A stretch of 36,010 nt of DNA from Spirochaetota bacterium (GTDB lineage Bacteria > Spirochaetota > Spirochaetia > Treponematales > UBA12059): assembly GCA_022709445.1 (NCBI GenBank), contig JAKLIU010000001.1, positions 1 through 36,010 of the forward strand. Direction: 5' to 3'. Positions 1 to 7,992 of the stretch are shown here, one piece after another. Position 1 is the first letter of the stretch; each line of letters begins with the position of its first letter. The position numbers were made by a program, and so were the translations under genes. Below the pieces are notes generated by a model that ran no database searches, was not told the origin of the DNA, and saw nothing but the letters and a program-made list of their open reading frames with translations.

Positions 1-300
1 GATGGCCGGTCCCGAGACGGTCACCCGGGACCAGCGGAGGGCCAGGACCGCGGCCAGGGCGCACAGGGCGGAATTCATGAGCGCCGGACCCAGTCCCGAG
101 CGGCCCACGTAATCGTTGATGAGTATGTCCGGTTGCACGACGATCCGGCCCAGGCCCACCGCCAGGGAAACCGGGTCGAAGCCGGAGGCGAACAGGGAGA
201 ACGCCGCGAGGGTCGCGACCAGCCCCCCGAGCAGGATGCTTTCCGCGGGGACTGGTTCCCTGGAATCGCCGGGCGCCCAGCCCTTGAGGATCCTTGCCAT
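1..300 (-). CDS. Integral membrane protein, DUF1576-like. Only the N-terminal 100 codons are present; the gene runs off the left edge.
   Basis: Absent from the ORF track because there is no in-window stop. Manual translation from the ATG at 300 gives MARILKGWAPGDSREPVPAESILLGGLVATLAAFSLFASGFDPVSLAVGLGRIVVQPDILINDYVGRSGLGPALMNSALCALAAVLAL. It is hydrophobic and carries the PDILI-x-DY..G.G.AL.NS pattern I associate with DUF1576. A GGGAGG Shine-Dalgarno lies about 8 nt upstream. Confidence 0.5.
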   Translation of the reverse strand, partial: MARILKGWAPGDSREPVPAESILLGGLVATLAAFSLFASGFDPVSLAVGLGRIVVQPDILINDYVGRSGLGPALMNSALCALAAVLALRWSRVTVSGPAI

Positions 301-413
301 CCAGCGCACCTCCCGTAGAGAGCGGCTCCCGCGCGACGAGCCGCGGGGCGTGCTTCCATCCTATCAGCCCGCGGGGAAAGCCGAAAGCGTTTTTTCCGGA
401 AACCCGCGCGGGC

Positions 414-446
414 AAAAAAAGAACCCGGACCGCGAGGTCCGGGTTC
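414..446 (-). terminator. Rho-independent terminator downstream of rpsU
   Basis: Perfect 10-bp stem, gaacccggac (421-430) with gtccgggttc (437-446). On the minus-strand RNA it is followed by a run of 7 U (plus-strand A7 at 414-420). Confidence 0.65.
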
Positions 447-479
447 GCGCGTGCGTGATCCGCGGCGCCGTGGCGCCGA

Positions 480-707
480 TCAGGGCCTGGTGTAGCTCTT
501 GCCGTCCCTGGTCTTGCGGGACTTGCGCAGGAGCTTGCGCTCGATGGCCTTCATTTTGCGATTGCGGATGGCGGAGGGCTTCTCGAAGTATTCGCGCTTC
601 TTCCACTCGCGGATGATGCCTTCTTTTTCCACCATGCGCTTGAAGCGCTTGATGGCCTTCTCGAGCGGCTCGCCGTCGTCGATGATGATCTGACTGATAA
701 AAATCAC
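480..707 (-). CDS. rpsU: 30S ribosomal protein S21
   Basis: 75-aa basic protein. [36 protein letters not shown] matches the conserved S21 core. The GTG start overlaps the stop of the upstream peptidase gene (GTGA), so the exact start is slightly uncertain. Confidence 0.9.
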   Translation of the reverse strand: MIFISQIIIDDGEPLEKAIKRFKRMVEKEGIIREWKKREYFEKPSAIRNRKMKAIERKLLRKSRKTRDGKSYTRP

Positions 708-1759
708 CCCCCCTCAATCGCGGGGTACATTGTACGGATGTCCGGGACTTTGTCAAGCCCGATCAGGGCCTCCGGGTCGCAGGCGACGCCGCCCACGCGC
801 AGCTCCCAGTGCAGGTGCGGGCCGGTGGCCAGGCCCGTGGCCCCCACCAGGCCCAGCGGGTCGCCCCGCCCCAGGATGTCCCCTGCCTTGGCCGAGATGG
901 CGCTCAGGTGCATGTATATGGTAAAAACCCCGGGCAGGTGCTCGATCACCACCGTCAGGCCGGTGGTCAGGCGGTCCTCAGCCATGACGACCCGCCCGGC
1001 TCCAGCCGCCGACACCGGCGTACCGGTCGGGTAGCCGTAGTCGATGCCGGCGTGGACGCTGGTCGCCGTGCCGCCGGTGGAATAGCGGTAGGTGCGCCGG
1101 TGCCCGAAGAGGCTGGTCTGGCGGTTGCCGGCCACCGGTCTCCGGAAGCCGCCCTGCAGGAACAGCGCTGCTGGATCCGCCGAACCGATCAGGGCCTGGT
1201 AGCGCCTGGCCTGCTCGTCCTTGCGCGGGTCGGGATCCGCCCGGATCCCGGTCAGGGCGGGCGTCAGGACTATCGTCTCGCTGGGGAAAACGCGTTCCAG
1301 CACCACCAGGACGGCGGTGCCGAGCACGCCGGAGCCGTTCTCCAGACTCAGCGTCGCCGGGCCGGCCGGGGCGTCAACCGGTATGGCGGCCAGGGCGAAT
1401 CCCGCCCGCCGCGAGGCGGCCTTCCATGCCGGGGACAGGCCCGGCCGGCCCTCCTCGGAAGCCAGGAGGTAGCGCAGCCGCGCGTCCATGGGCGGTCGCG
1501 GCGGGGTCCAGGCGGGGAAGGCCGGCCCGGTGCTCCCGTCCGAGTATCGGATCCGTGCGAAGGTGCCCGGGGCGCCCAGGTCCGGAGCGTCCGGCACGGC
1601 CGGCCAGGCCAGCACGAAGAAGGGGTCTCCCTGCCTGGCGGAAGCGGGAACGGCCAGCCTGGCCGGGAGGGGAACCGGAGCGGGCGTGCCCGAGGCAGCC
1701 GCCGGGAACGGGGCCAGGAGGAGGAACAAGGCGAGGGTCGTGCGGCCGCGGGTGTGCAT
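704..1759 (-). CDS. Secreted M23 (LytM/lysostaphin-type) metallopeptidase
   Basis: N-terminal signal peptide [25 protein letters not shown]-terminal M23 motifs [29 protein letters not shown] and [11 protein letters not shown]. Confidence 0.85.
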   Translation of the reverse strand: MHTRGRTTLALFLLLAPFPAAASGTPAPVPLPARLAVPASARQGDPFFVLAWPAVPDAPDLGAPGTFARIRYSDGSTGPAFPAWTPPRPPMDARLRYLLASEEGRPGLSPAWKAASRRAGFALAAIPVDAPAGPATLSLENGSGVLGTAVLVVLERVFPSETIVLTPALTGIRADPDPRKDEQARRYQALIGSADPAALFLQGGFRRPVAGNRQTSLFGHRRTYRYSTGGTATSVHAGIDYGYPTGTPVSAAGAGRVVMAEDRLTTGLTVVIEHLPGVFTIYMHLSAISAKAGDILGRGDPLGLVGATGLATGPHLHWELRVGGVACDPEALIGLDKVPDIRTMYPAIEGG

Positions 1760-1765
1760 GGGCGG

Positions 1766-1795
1766 ATACTAGCCCGGAACGGGGCGCGCGCGCAA
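1766..1795 (-). promoter_or_regulatory. Sigma70-type promoter for the M23 peptidase gene, apparently leaderless
   Basis: Read on the minus strand: TTGCGC, 18 nt, TAGTAT, then CCGCCC, then ATG (1759). There is no Shine-Dalgarno between the -10 box and the start. Confidence 0.45.
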
Positions 1796-1823
1796 CGAAG
1801 CCGCGTCGCGATGCCGCCGCGGT

Positions 1824-1852
1824 TTGACTGGCGGCGGGCGGGATCCTATACT
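1824..1852 (+). promoter_or_regulatory. Sigma70-type promoter for the PP2C phosphatase gene, leaderless or very short leader
   Basis: TTGACT (1824-1829), 17 nt, TATACT (1847-1852), then 9 nt (ttccggaca), then ATG at 1862. No Shine-Dalgarno. Confidence 0.5.
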
Positions 1853-1861
1853 TTCCGGACA

Positions 1862-3079
1862 ATGGCCGGCACCCCGTCCGCGATCCCCCCGAACGACTCC
1901 ACTGCGGCGACGCCGGACCCCGGACCGGACCATGCCGGGCAGGACGGGCGCACCGGGGAACTCTCGCGCGCCTACGAGGAACTGCAGCGCCGCAACGACG
2001 CCTTCCAGCGGGAGCTCGCCATGGCCAGGCGGGTCCAGGCCACCTTCATCCCCCAGGGCAAGGACTTCCCCGACCGCCCGGAGCTGGTCTTCGGCGGCTG
2101 GTACGAGGCGATGGCCGACGTGGGAGGGGACCTGTACGACGTGGTCCGCATCGGCAAGAACGCCTACGGGCTGCTCATAGCCGACGTGTCCGGCCACGGC
2201 GTGGCGGCCGCCCTGGTGACGGCCCTGGTCAAGGTGGCCTTCCGCTCGCGCGTGTCCTACGGGATCCGGACCGACGAGCTCTGCGCGGCCGTCAACGCGT
2301 CCATCTTCGAGATCCTGGGCGGCGGCGAACGCTACGTGACCGCCTTCGTGGCGACCATCAACCTGGAGACGGGCATCCTCGAGTACACCAACGCCGCCCA
2401 CCACCCCGCCCTCCTGGTGCGCTCGGGCATGGCGGTCAAGCTGGACACCGAGGGCGGCTTCATGGGCATCTTCGAGCGGCCCCAGTTCGGGAGAAGCAGC
2501 GTTGAACTGGTGCCCGGGGACCGCATCGTCCTGTACACGGACGGGATCGTGGAATCCCGGAGCTTTCTGGGCGGCGACTACGGCCTGGAACGGCTGGAGG
2601 CCGTGGTCCGCGCGGATCCTGCCCTGCATCCCGCCCGCGTAGCCGATGCCCTGGTCGCCGACCTGGGGGCCTTCACCATGGGGGCGCCCATCCACGACGA
2701 CCGCGCCTTCCTGTGCGCCGGCTACCTGGGCAGGACGGCCGATCCCAAGCTCGGCCCCCCGCCCGGCGCGCAGCCGGGCGATTCCGCAGCTTCCCCGCCG
2801 CCGGACCGGCCCGCGGAGGATCCCCGGGCCGCCTTCTCCCGGGTGGCGCGCGAGAGCTCGGGCCTGGACCCGGCGGCCGCGCTGGTCGCCTGGCGGCTGC
2901 ACATCGCGGGCTTCCCGGAGGACCACCGTGCCATCAACAACGAGGGGGTCCTGCTGCACCGCCTGGGCAAGGACGCGGAAGCCGCGGCCGCGTTCCGCAG
3001 GGCGCTCATACTGGCCCCGGGAGACCGGCGCATCCTGCGCAACCTCGCCCTTGTAACCGGGGACCGCTCGGATATATAA
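1862..3079 (+). CDS. PP2C/SpoIIE-family serine phosphatase (RsbU-like) with a C-terminal TPR-like region
   Basis: Motifs GGDLYDVV, LIADVSGHGVAAALVTALVK, YTNAAHHP and LYTDGIVESRS are typical of SpoIIE/PP2C. The C-terminus (NNEGVLLHRLGKDAEAAAAFRRALILAP) looks TPR-like. The start is set at 1862 because the 809-1861 part of the ORF overlaps the M23 gene and a promoter sits just upstream. An ATG at 1811 is an alternative. Confidence 0.8.
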   Translation: MAGTPSAIPPNDSTAATPDPGPDHAGQDGRTGELSRAYEELQRRNDAFQRELAMARRVQATFIPQGKDFPDRPELVFGGWYEAMADVGGDLYDVVRIGKNAYGLLIADVSGHGVAAALVTALVKVAFRSRVSYGIRTDELCAAVNASIFEILGGGERYVTAFVATINLETGILEYTNAAHHPALLVRSGMAVKLDTEGGFMGIFERPQFGRSSVELVPGDRIVLYTDGIVESRSFLGGDYGLERLEAVVRADPALHPARVADALVADLGAFTMGAPIHDDRAFLCAGYLGRTADPKLGPPPGAQPGDSAASPPPDRPAEDPRAAFSRVARESSGLDPAAALVAWRLHIAGFPEDHRAINNEGVLLHRLGKDAEAAAAFRRALILAPGDRRILRNLALVTGDRSDI

Positions 3080-3086
3080 AAAGGTC

Positions 3087-3632
3087 ATGGAAATCCCCTT
3101 ATCGCTCGTCCGCCTGGACGCATCGGGCAGGAAGCCCGCGGCCGGGGCAGAGGCCGCCGCCCTGCGCTACGGCATCCCCCTCTGGTACCGGCTGGTCTCG
3201 TGCTCCATAGCCGGCATCCTGGTCGCTGCCAACGCCCTGGCCAGCCTGGAACCCGGCTACCGGCTCAGCGCGTTCGGGATCGTGCTGGTCCTGGCGGCGG
3301 TGCTGGCCGCGGTGTACGAGGAGCGCTGGACCTTCCGGGCAGCAGACCGCTCCGTCGCCGGAAAGCTCGGTCTGGTCTTCGCCGCCAAGCGCCTCCGCTT
3401 CTCCTTCGAGGACGTGGCCCGCGTCAAGGTGGACAGCTTCATCAAGGGCAGGCTCGACCAGTCGGCCGTGCCGCCGGCGGACAAGGTGCCGCGGGGCTCC
3501 CTGGCCCGGATGATCATCGAGATGAAGGACGGCCAGGGCTACCTGGTGGATTCGGTGCCGTTCAAGGCCCGCGAGCGCCTGGAGGACGCGGCCGCCGCCA
3601 TCGCGGCCATGGTCGGCGTTCCCCTGGACTGA
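3087..3632 (+). CDS. Hypothetical two-TM membrane protein, possibly with a PH-like C-terminal domain
   Basis: Starts 8 nt after the phosphatase stop. Two hydrophobic helices (LWYRLVSCSIAGILVAANALA and FGIVLVLAAVLAAVY) are followed by a soluble domain of about 90 aa. I recognise no family. Confidence 0.55.
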   Translation: MEIPLSLVRLDASGRKPAAGAEAAALRYGIPLWYRLVSCSIAGILVAANALASLEPGYRLSAFGIVLVLAAVLAAVYEERWTFRAADRSVAGKLGLVFAAKRLRFSFEDVARVKVDSFIKGRLDQSAVPPADKVPRGSLARMIIEMKDGQGYLVDSVPFKARERLEDAAAAIAAMVGVPLD

Positions 3633-3654
3633 AGCTCCGCGGACGGCGGCTCGC

Positions 3655-3682
3655 TTGACATTCGCCGCCCGAATGGTAAGAT
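3655..3682 (+). promoter_or_regulatory. Sigma70-type promoter upstream of serA-serC
   Basis: TTGACA (3655-3660), 16 nt, extended -10 TGgTAAGAT (3674-3682). This implies a leader of about 140 nt before the serA ATG. Confidence 0.45.
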
Positions 3683-3829
3683 GGGGAATCGCGCCAATCA
3701 GTACCATCCCACGATGGGCAAGCCTCGCCCACGCGCAGCCTCCGGGCCGCGCCCGGGCGCCGCACGCGCCCATGCGGCAGCGGGAGTGCCGGCCGGCGCG
3801 CATCACGTGTACCCTAAAGGAGGGTTCCC

Positions 3830-4705
3830 ATGGTCATTCTTCTCGCTGACGCGTTCACGGCAGACCTGCCCAAGCGCCTGGAGGCATTCGGCACGGTATC
3901 GCAGGATTTGGGCGCGCTGGGCGAAGCCGAGATCATCGTCGTGCGCTCCAAGACCAAGGTCGACAAGGCGATGATCGACAAGGCGCCGAAGCTCAGGTTC
4001 GTCATCCGCGGCGGCGTCGGCGTCGACACCATCGACGTGCCCTATGCCGAATCGAAGAATATCACCGTCGTGAACACCCCCGAGGCCTCCAGCGTGGCCG
4101 TCGCCGAGCTGGCCTTCTCCATGATGATCGCCCTGGCCTCCCGCATCACCGAGGCGGACTCCTCCATGAAGCAGGGCAAGTGGATGAAGAAGGAGCTGGA
4201 GCGCACCGAGCTCATGGGCAAGACCGTCGGCTTCGTCGGCATCGGCCGCATCGCGCGAGAGGTGGCCGTGCGCGCCAAGGCCTTCGGCATGAAGGTGATC
4301 GCCTACGACAAGTACGTGGAGAAGAGCGACGTCGCGGAGATGATGAGCCTGGAGCAGGTATACGCCCAGGCCGACTACATCTCCCTCCACACTCCGCTGA
4401 CCGACGAGACCCGCGGCATGATCAACGCCGCCTCCATCGCCAAGATGAAGCAGGGCGTCCGCATCGTGAACACCTGCCGCGGCCAGGTGATCGTGGAGAC
4501 CGACGTGGCCGCCGCGCTCAAATCCGGCACCCTGGGCGGATACGCCGCCGACGTGTACGACAAGGAGCCGCCGGAAGGCTCGCCCCTCCTGTCCGCGCCC
4601 AACGCCGTGTTCGCGCCCCACATCGGCGCGTCCACCGAAGAGAACCTCGTGCGCCTGGCCGACTGCATCGTCGACCGCGTCAAGAACTACGCAGCGAAGA
4701 AGTAG
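3830..4705 (+). CDS. serA: D-3-phosphoglycerate dehydrogenase, short form, of the D-2-hydroxyacid dehydrogenase family
   Basis: NAD fold GKTVGFVGIGRIAREVA, catalytic region NTCRG and APHIGAST. It sits immediately upstream of serC. AGGAGGG Shine-Dalgarno. Confidence 0.85.
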   Translation: MVILLADAFTADLPKRLEAFGTVSQDLGALGEAEIIVVRSKTKVDKAMIDKAPKLRFVIRGGVGVDTIDVPYAESKNITVVNTPEASSVAVAELAFSMMIALASRITEADSSMKQGKWMKKELERTELMGKTVGFVGIGRIAREVAVRAKAFGMKVIAYDKYVEKSDVAEMMSLEQVYAQADYISLHTPLTDETRGMINAASIAKMKQGVRIVNTCRGQVIVETDVAAALKSGTLGGYAADVYDKEPPEGSPLLSAPNAVFAPHIGASTEENLVRLADCIVDRVKNYAAKK

Positions 4706-4715
4706 GAGGCTGAAC

Positions 4716-5813
4716 ATGAAGCGCGTCATCAATTACAGCGCCGGTCCCGCCGGCATCCCCCTGGAAGTGCTCGAGCAGGCCCGCGACGAGATGCTGGACT
4801 GGAACGGCACCGGCTGTTCCGTGATGGAGGTCTCGCACCGCGGCAAGGAGTACGACGCCCTGCACATGGAGACCATGGACCTGTTCCGCGAACTGGCCGG
4901 CATGGGCAAGGACTGGAACGTCCTGTTCTGCACCGGCGGCGCCAGCACCCAGTTCATGATGCTCCCCTGGAACTACCTGGGCAACGGCAAGGACAGGCAG
5001 GCCGACTACATCGTCACCGGCAACTGGTCCAAGGCCGCGGTCAAGGAAGCCAAGCGCTTCGGCAAGGTCACCATGCCCGCCAACATGGAGCTGGAAGGCG
5101 AGCGCTTCGTCGCCATCCCCTCCCAGGCGGACCTGGTCCTCAACCCCGCCGCCGAGTACGTGCACTACACCAGCAACAACACCGTCTGCGGCACCGAGTG
5201 GCACTACGTCCCGGACGTGAAGGGCAAGCCCCTGGTGTGCGACATGTCCAGCGACATCTTCAGCCGCCCCTTCGACTTCCAGAAGCACAGCATGATCTAC
5301 GCCGGCGCGCAGAAGAACCTGGGACCCTCCGGCGTCACCGTGGTGGCCATGAAGGACGATTTCCTGGCCAGGGCCGGCGACGACCTGCCCACCATGATGA
5401 GCTACAAGGTGTTCAAGGACAAGTTCTCCATGCACAACACCCCGCCCTGCTTCTCCATCTACATCCTCAACCTGGTGATGAAGTGGCTCAAGAAGAACGG
5501 CGGCCTGGCTGCCATGGGCAAGGTGAACGAGGCCAAGCAGAAGCTGCTCTATTCGGCCATCGACTCATCCGGCGGCTTCTACTCAGGCCTCGCCGAGAAG
5601 GCTTCCCGCTCCTGGATGAACATCGACTTCAAGCTCCCCAACCCGGAACTGGACGAGAAGTTCGTCAAGGACGCCAAGGCCGCCGGCATCGTGCAGACCA
5701 AGGGCTACCGCTCCATGGGCGGCATACGCCTGTCGGCCTACAACGCGGTCAGCCTCAAGGACGTGGAGACCACCGTGGGCTTCATGAAGGACTTCCAGGC
5801 CAGGAACGCCTGA
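4716..5813 (+). CDS. serC: Phosphoserine aminotransferase
   Basis: N-terminus INYSAGPAGIPLEVLEQA..., SVMEVSHRGKEY, and YAGAQKNLGPSGVTVV (PLP lysine region) match SerC. AGGAGG Shine-Dalgarno. Confidence 0.92.
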   Translation: MKRVINYSAGPAGIPLEVLEQARDEMLDWNGTGCSVMEVSHRGKEYDALHMETMDLFRELAGMGKDWNVLFCTGGASTQFMMLPWNYLGNGKDRQADYIVTGNWSKAAVKEAKRFGKVTMPANMELEGERFVAIPSQADLVLNPAAEYVHYTSNNTVCGTEWHYVPDVKGKPLVCDMSSDIFSRPFDFQKHSMIYAGAQKNLGPSGVTVVAMKDDFLARAGDDLPTMMSYKVFKDKFSMHNTPPCFSIYILNLVMKWLKKNGGLAAMGKVNEAKQKLLYSAIDSSGGFYSGLAEKASRSWMNIDFKLPNPELDEKFVKDAKAAGIVQTKGYRSMGGIRLSAYNAVSLKDVETTVGFMKDFQARNA

Positions 5814-5837
5814 GCCCGCCAGGCTTCAATGTCGATG

Positions 5838-5869
5838 ACGGCCCCGCTCGCGCGGGGCCGTTTCTTTTT
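5838..5869 (+). terminator. Rho-independent terminator after serC
   Basis: 10-bp perfect stem, acggccccgc with gcggggccgt, loop tcgc, followed by tttcttttt. Confidence 0.75.
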
Positions 5870-5880
5870 GCCGGGGGCGT

Positions 5881-6723
5881 TCAGGGGAACAGGCGCTTCT
5901 TCAGTTCGGCGATCCCGCCCTTGGCGCCGAAGACGGCCTCCGCCGCCTCCATGAAGGCCTGGGCTGAAACGCCTCCCGCCGCGGCCCGCCCGGCGAGCTC
6001 CGCCAGGGCGGGGAAGTCGCCGGGCTTGAGCCTGGACGCGGCCAGGGCCAGGGCCAGGCGGGCGCCCGTCTCCGGCGTCCAGCGGAAGGCATTCCCCATC
6101 GAGGCGACCGTTCCCAGGATGGCTCCCGTCCGGCCGGCCGCTGCCTTCGCGCCGACGGCCCAGTCCACCAGCGCGGCCAGGGCCGGCATGCCGACCCCGT
6201 TCAGGAGCGAACTGCCGGCGGCCAGGTAAAAGTCGGCGCGCTCCTCGCCCGGCGGCCAGTCCCGGCCCCGCAGGAGCGCGGCCACGGTGATCCAGCGGGC
6301 AGCGTCCGCCTCCAGGGCCGCCGCCAGGGTGTCGGGCGGGATGCCCTTGGCTGCGGCTTCCTTGATCCGGGAGATGAAGGCCTCGGCGGGAACGCCGGCA
6401 GCGATGGCGGCGGCGGCGGTCTCGCGAATCCTCGGGCGGACCGCGGCGTACCGGACGGCCTCGCGGGAGGAATCGAGCCAGGCGCCGAATTCCGCCGCGC
6501 TCATCGCGCCGCCGGCAAGGCTCCCCTCCCGCCCGTCCCGCGAGACGCGCGGGGCGCCTCCACCGGAACCGTCTCCGGCGCCGTCCTGCCCGCCCCCGGC
6601 CACCGGACCGCCCGCCGGTCCGCCGGAGCCCGAAGGCTGCGCCGCGGCCGGAGCGGCCGCGAGCAGGATGAGCATCGCCGCCACGGCGAGCGGACGGTGG
6701 ATGGATATGGACCGGATCGACAT
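5881..6723 (-). CDS. Secreted Ala/Gly-rich helical-repeat protein of unknown function (paralog 1). Third gene of the ECF sigma operon.
   Basis: ATG at 6723 is preceded by AAGGAGG. Signal peptide MSIRSISIHRPLAVAAMLILLAAAPAAA-QP. The C-terminal part of about 150 aa aligns with the product of 8563-9396. Confidence 0.65.
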   Translation of the reverse strand: MSIRSISIHRPLAVAAMLILLAAAPAAAQPSGSGGPAGGPVAGGGQDGAGDGSGGGAPRVSRDGREGSLAGGAMSAAEFGAWLDSSREAVRYAAVRPRIRETAAAAIAAGVPAEAFISRIKEAAAKGIPPDTLAAALEADAARWITVAALLRGRDWPPGEERADFYLAAGSSLLNGVGMPALAALVDWAVGAKAAAGRTGAILGTVASMGNAFRWTPETGARLALALAASRLKPGDFPALAELAGRAAAGGVSAQAFMEAAEAVFGAKGGIAELKKRLFP

Positions 6724-6749
6724 GGACTGCCTCCTTGACCCGTGCGCCG

Positions 6750-7301
6750 TCACAGCGAGATGGACGAGCTGGTGCCGCCGAAGCCGTCGTCCAGCAATAT
6801 GGAAGAGCGCGGGTCCGGCACCCAGCGCTCGCCGTCCACCACGAAGCCGTACCGGTACGACGCACCCTTGCTGAGCGGCACCACGATCTCCCAGGTGCCG
6901 TCCTCCCGCCGCTCCAGCACGTGCGTGTCCAGCGACCAGCCGTTGAAATCAGCCGCCAGGGATACGCTGTCCGCCTCCGGCGCCGCGAGCACGAAATGCA
7001 CCTCCACCACGTCACGGCCCCCTGAGAGCGCGAGCGTGAGCAGCGACGACACGACGACCAGCGCGGCCGCCGCGGCCAGGACGTACGCCGCCCTGAAGCC
7101 CGCATGCCCGCGCACGGTTCCCCGGCCCACGCGCGCCATCACGGCGTCTGCCGTGGCGACGGCCGCCTCCGGGTCGCGGGAGAGCAGGCCGCCCAAGGCG
7201 TCGGACCCGCCCTCGCCATCGGCCAGGCGGCGGTCCAGGGCCTCGAGGGCGCGTTTTCGCGCCTGCGCGCGCATGTCTTCGGATCCCGGCAAACGCTTCA
7301 T
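6750..7301 (-). CDS. Putative single-pass anti-sigma factor with an extracytoplasmic CBM48 / AMPK-beta glycogen-binding-like (E-set) domain
   Basis: Starts 1 nt after the ECF sigma stop. One TM helix (AAYVLAAAAALVVVSSLLTLAL). C-terminal VEVHFVLAAPEADSVSLAADFNGWSLDTHVLERREDGTWEIVVPLSKGASYRYGFVVDGERWVPDP matches the CBM48/isoamylase-N pattern. There is no zinc (HxxxCxxC) anti-sigma motif. Confidence 0.65.
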   Translation of the reverse strand: MKRLPGSEDMRAQARKRALEALDRRLADGEGGSDALGGLLSRDPEAAVATADAVMARVGRGTVRGHAGFRAAYVLAAAAALVVVSSLLTLALSGGRDVVEVHFVLAAPEADSVSLAADFNGWSLDTHVLERREDGTWEIVVPLSKGASYRYGFVVDGERWVPDPRSSILLDDGFGGTSSSISL

Positions 7302-7302
7302 G

Positions 7303-7899
7303 TCAAGATCTACCTTTCATGGGCTCCGTCGGTTGCCCGGTTTCTCCCAATATGGAAGCCAGTTCCTTGCGGGCCCTGAACAGCCGCGACTTGACGGCCT
7401 CGGTGCCCAGTCCCAGGGCCGCCGCCGTCTCCGCCACCGACAGGCCGGCGAAGTAGTACAGCTCCACGGGAACCCGCCTGTCCGCCGCGAGGGTCCCGAC
7501 GGCGGCCCGCAGTTCCTCGGCGGCCATCCGGTCGAGCGCCTGGAACTCCACGCCGGACTCCAGGGCCAGGACCGGCTCCTCGGCCGACCGCTCGGCCTGC
7601 GCGCGCTCGGCCAGCCTCAGTTCCATGAAGCGGGCGCGATACCTGGTCTTGACCCGGTTCGCGGCTATCGCGAACAGCCAGGCGGCGAAGCTGCGCCCCG
7701 GGTCGTACCGGCCGAGCGACCTGAAGGCCCGCACCAGCACGTCCTGCACGGCATCCTCCGCGTCGTCGTCGTTGCCCAGGCGGGCGCGGCAAAACCGGTG
7801 GAGCCCGTTCCCGTGCCTGTCCACCAGGACGCGGAAGGCACCGTCGTCCCCCGCCAGAACCCGCCGTACCGCTTCCGCGTCATCCATCGCAGCTTCCAT
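7303..7899 (-). CDS. ECF (group 4) RNA polymerase sigma factor
   Basis: Region 2 (AEDAVQDVLVRAFRSLGRYDPGRSFAAWLFAIAANR) and region 4 (ELYYFAGLSVAETAAALGLGTEAVKSRLFRARKEL). The start is set at the ATG at 7899 (MEAAMDDAEAV). The upstream in-frame extension looks non-coding. Confidence 0.88.
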   Translation of the reverse strand: MEAAMDDAEAVRRVLAGDDGAFRVLVDRHGNGLHRFCRARLGNDDDAEDAVQDVLVRAFRSLGRYDPGRSFAAWLFAIAANRVKTRYRARFMELRLAERAQAERSAEEPVLALESGVEFQALDRMAAEELRAAVGTLAADRRVPVELYYFAGLSVAETAAALGLGTEAVKSRLFRARKELASILGETGQPTEPMKGRS

Positions 7900-7908
7900 A
7901 GGCCGGAT

Positions 7909-7917
7909 AGTATAGCA
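7909..7917 (-). promoter_or_regulatory. Extended -10 element (TGcTATACT) for the ECF sigma gene, apparently leaderless
   Basis: The minus strand reads tggTGCTATACT, then atccggcct (9 nt), then ATG (7899). No Shine-Dalgarno, and no convincing -35 box. Confidence 0.35.
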
Positions 7918-7928
7918 CCACTGAGGGG

Positions 7929-7950
7929 AAATTCCGGCAGGCCGGAATTT
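7929..7950. promoter_or_regulatory. Perfect 10-2-10 palindrome, a candidate operator
   Basis: aaattccggc ag gccggaattt. It lies in the divergent region between the ECF sigma gene and 8024-8470, where a -35 element for the sigma gene would be expected. Confidence 0.4.
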
Positions 7951-7992
7951 TCCACGGCGCGGCAACCGCGGTCCGCCAGGGACGGTATACAG

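Noticed and set aside
809-1861. N-terminal 351 codons of the 756-aa plus-strand ORF
   Set aside because: It overlaps the M23 peptidase gene on the opposite strand, is low complexity, and is interrupted by the promoter at 1824-1852. The PP2C domain protein starts at 1862.
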